A DNA stretch of 64,000 nt. Origin: Octopus vulgaris (Eukaryota). Below, one piece after another: positions 61,801-64,000 of this stretch. Both the position numbers and the translations under genes were made by a program. The DNA lies in the NCBI GenBank assembly GCA_951406725.2, contig OX597828.1:13144001-13208000 (forward strand), given 5' to 3'. The notes under the pieces are model-generated. The model saw only the letters and a program-made list of their open reading frames with translations. It did no database searches and was not told the DNA's origin. Every line of letters starts with the position of its first letter. The first letter of the stretch is position 1.

Positions 61801-62720
61801 GACCCCGAAAGGATGAAAAGCAAAGTCGACCTAAGCAGAATTTGAACTCAGAATATATTGGCAGACGAAATACCTATTTCTTTATTGTCCACAAGGAGCT
61901 AAACACAGAGAGGACAAACGGATTAAGTCTATTATTTCAACCCCAGTGCATAACTTGTACTTAATTTATTGACCCTGAAATGATGAAAGGCAAAGTTGAC
62001 CTCAGCGGAATTTGAACTCAGAACATAGTGGCAGACGAAATACCGTGAAGCATTTCACCCGGCATGCTAACAATTCTGCCAGCTCACCACCTTTGAAACA
62101 TAAATTAATATTAATATTAAATTTTGATGGAATATTAAATTTTAGACCATTTAACAACAAAAAGTTTGTATCATAGAACCAAGGGTGATCTCAGACTGGT
62201 TAAGGTAAAGTTACTTTCTTAAGTCATACTGACTCATTTCCCAGTTTCCATGACGTATAAATTCTCCACCTGGATAGGATGCTGGTCCATCACAGGTTTA
62301 CTCTCTTTTGCTGGCTGAGCAGACTGCAGCAACTTGAAATGAAGTGTTTTGCTCAAGAACACAACATGTCACCTGATCCAGGAATCAAAACAACAATCTT
62401 ACACTCATGAGTCCAACAGCTTTACCACTAAGCCGCATGCTTCCACTCTCAGACTGGTTGGTATGGAAACAGTAAAACTCAGCGCCAAACATTGCATGTT
62501 TTCACTCTGAAGTCTGCTGTCTCTCCTTCCAAAAATCCCCATACATGTATCATGTCAAGCTGTACATTACATCTTTTCTTCTGGCTTATGAACGCTGTCT
62601 ATAGACTATAGACAGTAACCTTCAACTCAACTGATTTCCTTTATTTTATTTACAGACAAGTTCAGAAATGGAATACAAGGAACAACACAACTCATTTCAA
62701 CACAAGCAGAAGGGAAAATG
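50966..62720 (+). CDS. AGBL2: Cytosolic carboxypeptidase CCP2/3-type (AGBL2-like), N-terminal exons; continues beyond the window
   Basis: Four phase-compatible exons; NPYDSFMRKHLQYYGYYK matches the human AGBL2 N-terminus DPYEDFMYRHLQYYGYFK as I recall it. Catalytic domain not in window. Confidence 0.78.
51045..51200. repeat. (CAC)n/(CAT)n microsatellite block
   Basis: Directly visible. Confidence 0.9.
52410..52780 (+). other. 351-bp unit with 20-bp terminal redundancy and clustered hammerhead half-motifs
   Basis: GTAG(T/A)GGAGCCCACCTGATG at 52410-52429 and 52761-52780; several CTGANGA and GAAAC boxes; more GC-rich than its flanks. Confidence 0.45.
53715..53930 (+). mobile_element. SINE family B (others at 9223-9392, 25149-25350, 54197-54435, 61462-61680)
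   Basis: GGCGGCRARCTGGCAGAAAC head, GAGTTCAAAT-type B-box, core CTTTGCCTTTCATCCTTT..GATAAATTAAGTACCAG resembling the conserved central domain of Meta-type SINEs. Confidence 0.8.
54540..55745 (+). mobile_element. 5'-truncated RTE-clade LINE (RT C-terminus with frameshift, 3' UTR repeats, (GAT)n tail)
   Basis: VDSFRYLG...IAWAKF...LHGSETW...RWYGHVARM...RGRPRKTW, diagnostic of RTE reverse transcriptases. Confidence 0.93.
55915..55956 (-). ncRNA. Minimal hammerhead ribozyme motif in a (TA)n-flanked element (~55755-56050)
   Basis: GTAC-CTGAAGA-GACCCaggacGGGTC-GAAACATGTGTT-GTAC on the reverse strand, followed by AATAAA. Confidence 0.7.
56412..56640. mobile_element. piggyBac-type MITE (abundant family; also ~490-640, 7274-7453, 26551-26713, 60060-60260)
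   Basis: TTAA-CCCTTTAGCATTTA ... TAAATGCCAAAGGG-TTAA. Confidence 0.85.
56923..56980 (+). CDS. AGBL2: AGBL2-like exon (DNPYDSFMRKHLQYYGYYK)
   Basis: ttttAG / GTctgt; conserved CCP2 N-terminal motif. Confidence 0.85.
57336..57570. repeat. 68-bp near-perfect inverted repeat from a rearranged piggyBac MITE, nested in a SINE A
   Basis: 57336-57403 versus 57503-57570, one mismatch. Confidence 0.85.
59217..59396 (+). CDS. AGBL2: AGBL2-like exon, acidic low-complexity (DCNNVQKK...QDEEEDEEEEEMEENRE...STLF)
   Basis: ttgcAG / GTAAGT, 180 nt, phase 1-1, open frame. Confidence 0.75.
59424..59818 (+). mobile_element. RTE LINE 3' tail
   Basis: Standard motifs and (GAT)n tail. Confidence 0.8.
60472..60820 (-). 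mobile_element. SINE family A nested in a piggyBac MITE
   Basis: MITE sequence breaks at TGTAATGCTTA and resumes at CTTATTTATT. Confidence 0.8.
62656..62720 (+). CDS. AGBL2: AGBL2-like exon (KFRNGIQGTTQLISTQAEGKM)
   Basis: ttacAG acceptor, phase 1; resembles the segment preceding the PRLREP motif of CCP2/3; donor position less certain. Confidence 0.6.
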
Positions 62721-62814
62721 GTCAGGTTTAAATAATTCTACAGCATTACATATCTAAGAATATGTCATTTCATCCTCATCATCATCATCATCATCATCAT
62801 CAACATCTAACATC

Positions 62815-63236
62815 TTATTTCTTTATTGCCTACAAGGGGCTAAACATAGAGGGGACAAACAAGGACAGACAAAGGGATTAAGTCGATTACATCGACCCCA
62901 GTGCGTAACTGGTACTTAATTTCTCGACCCACGAAAGGATGAAAGGCAACGTAGACCTTGGCGGAATTTGAACTCAGAACGTAGCAACAGACGAAATACC
63001 TATTTCTTTACTACCCACAAGGGGGCTAAACATAGAAGGGACAAACAAGGACAGACAAAGGGATTAAGTCGATTACATCGACCCCAGTGCGTAACTGGTA
63101 CTTTTTTTGTCGACCGCCGAAAGGATGAAAGGCAACGTAGACCTTGGTAGGATTTGAACTCGGAATGTAGCGGCAGATGAAATACTGCTAAGCATTTCGC
63201 CCAGCATGCTAACGTTTCTGCCAGCTCGCCGCCTTA
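62815..63236 (-). mobile_element. SINE family B partial tandem dimer
   Basis: Two ~185-bp body units joined at GAAATACC|TATTTCTTT; only one head. Confidence 0.85.
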
Positions 63237-63735
63237 CAGCTAACATCTGTTTTCCTTGCTGGCATGGGTTGGAATGGCTTGACAGGAGCTGGCAAGGCCA
63301 GCGGCTGCACATGGTTCTATAATCTGTTTTGGCTTGGTTTCTACAGCTGGATGCCCTTCCTAACACCAACCACTTTATGGAGTGAACTGAGTGCTTTTTA
63401 CATGGCACCATCACCAGTGCTTTTTATGTGGTACCATCACCAGTGCATTTTATTTGGCACCAGCCCCGACACCAATGCTTTTTATGTGGTAAATTGGTTT
63501 TAGGATATCAATTCTGTTGTGGTGGTCAGGTCTTCTTGAGTACAGCAGTGCACCACATATCTCCGTCCTCTGTCGTCTCCTTCATAAGGCTCAGCATTTT
63601 GAGATCAGCCTTCAGTACTTCATCCCATGTTGTCCTGCCTGGGTTTCCCTCTTCCACAACTATTTTTGGAAAACCTTCTCAAATGCTATGTTGCCTATAT
63701 ATATATATATATATATAAAAAAAATCATCAAATTT

Positions 63736-63930
63736 CACTCCCCTTCTCTCTCTCTTTCCCCCTCTCCCTCTATCCTCCCTCCTCCTCTCCCCTCCTCTTC
63801 TCCTCTCCTTCCTTCTCCCTCTTCCCCCTCCTCTTTCCTTCTCCCCCCTCATCTCATCTCCTCCCCCCTCATCTCTCCTCTCCCTCCCCCTCATCTCCTC
63901 TCCCCCCCTCTTCCCCTCATCTCCTCTCTC
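63736..63930. repeat. Polypyrimidine/polypurine low-complexity tract
   Basis: Almost exclusively C/T on the + strand. Confidence 0.9.
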
Positions 63931-64000
63931 TACACTACACCATACGACTACACATCACATCATATATACATACACACGTCCATATGCACTACATACTCTC

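Noticed and set aside
63679-63894. RG-rich ORF on the minus strand
   Set aside because: Translation of a polypurine low-complexity tract.

Overview
AT-rich, repeat-dense eukaryotic DNA. The SINE/RTE families look like those I recall from octopus (coleoid cephalopod) genomes; that is an inference, not a database result. Three spliced protein-coding genes can be reconstructed by eye: (1) the RING/coiled-coil/WD40 part of the E3 ligase RFWD3 on + (10 visible exons, 2713-24100; the N-terminus lies upstream of the window and one exon is probably lost in the 100-N gap at 11715-11814); (2) a complete RPL39 on - (ATG 36354-36356, exons 31212-31315 and 29007-29055); (3) the 5' coding exons of a cytosolic carboxypeptidase CCP2/3-type gene (AGBL2-like) on +, probably transcribed divergently from RPL39 and running out of the window. 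RPL39 intron 1 carries three dispersed copies of a box C/D snoRNA with a U38/snR61-type guide. The rest is mostly tRNA-derived SINEs, RTE and CR1 LINE 3' ends, mariner/Tc1/pogo/hAT/piggyBac MITEs and relics, a Helitron and microsatellites. The most unexpected signal is a set of short non-coding elements, each sitting inside (TA)n tracts, that carry minimal hammerhead ribozyme cores (Penelope-like/retrozyme-like), plus a 351-bp terminally redundant unit rich in hammerhead half-motifs. Almost all ORFs in the supplied track are repeat-derived noise. Coordinates were counted by hand; repeat boundaries are approximate.
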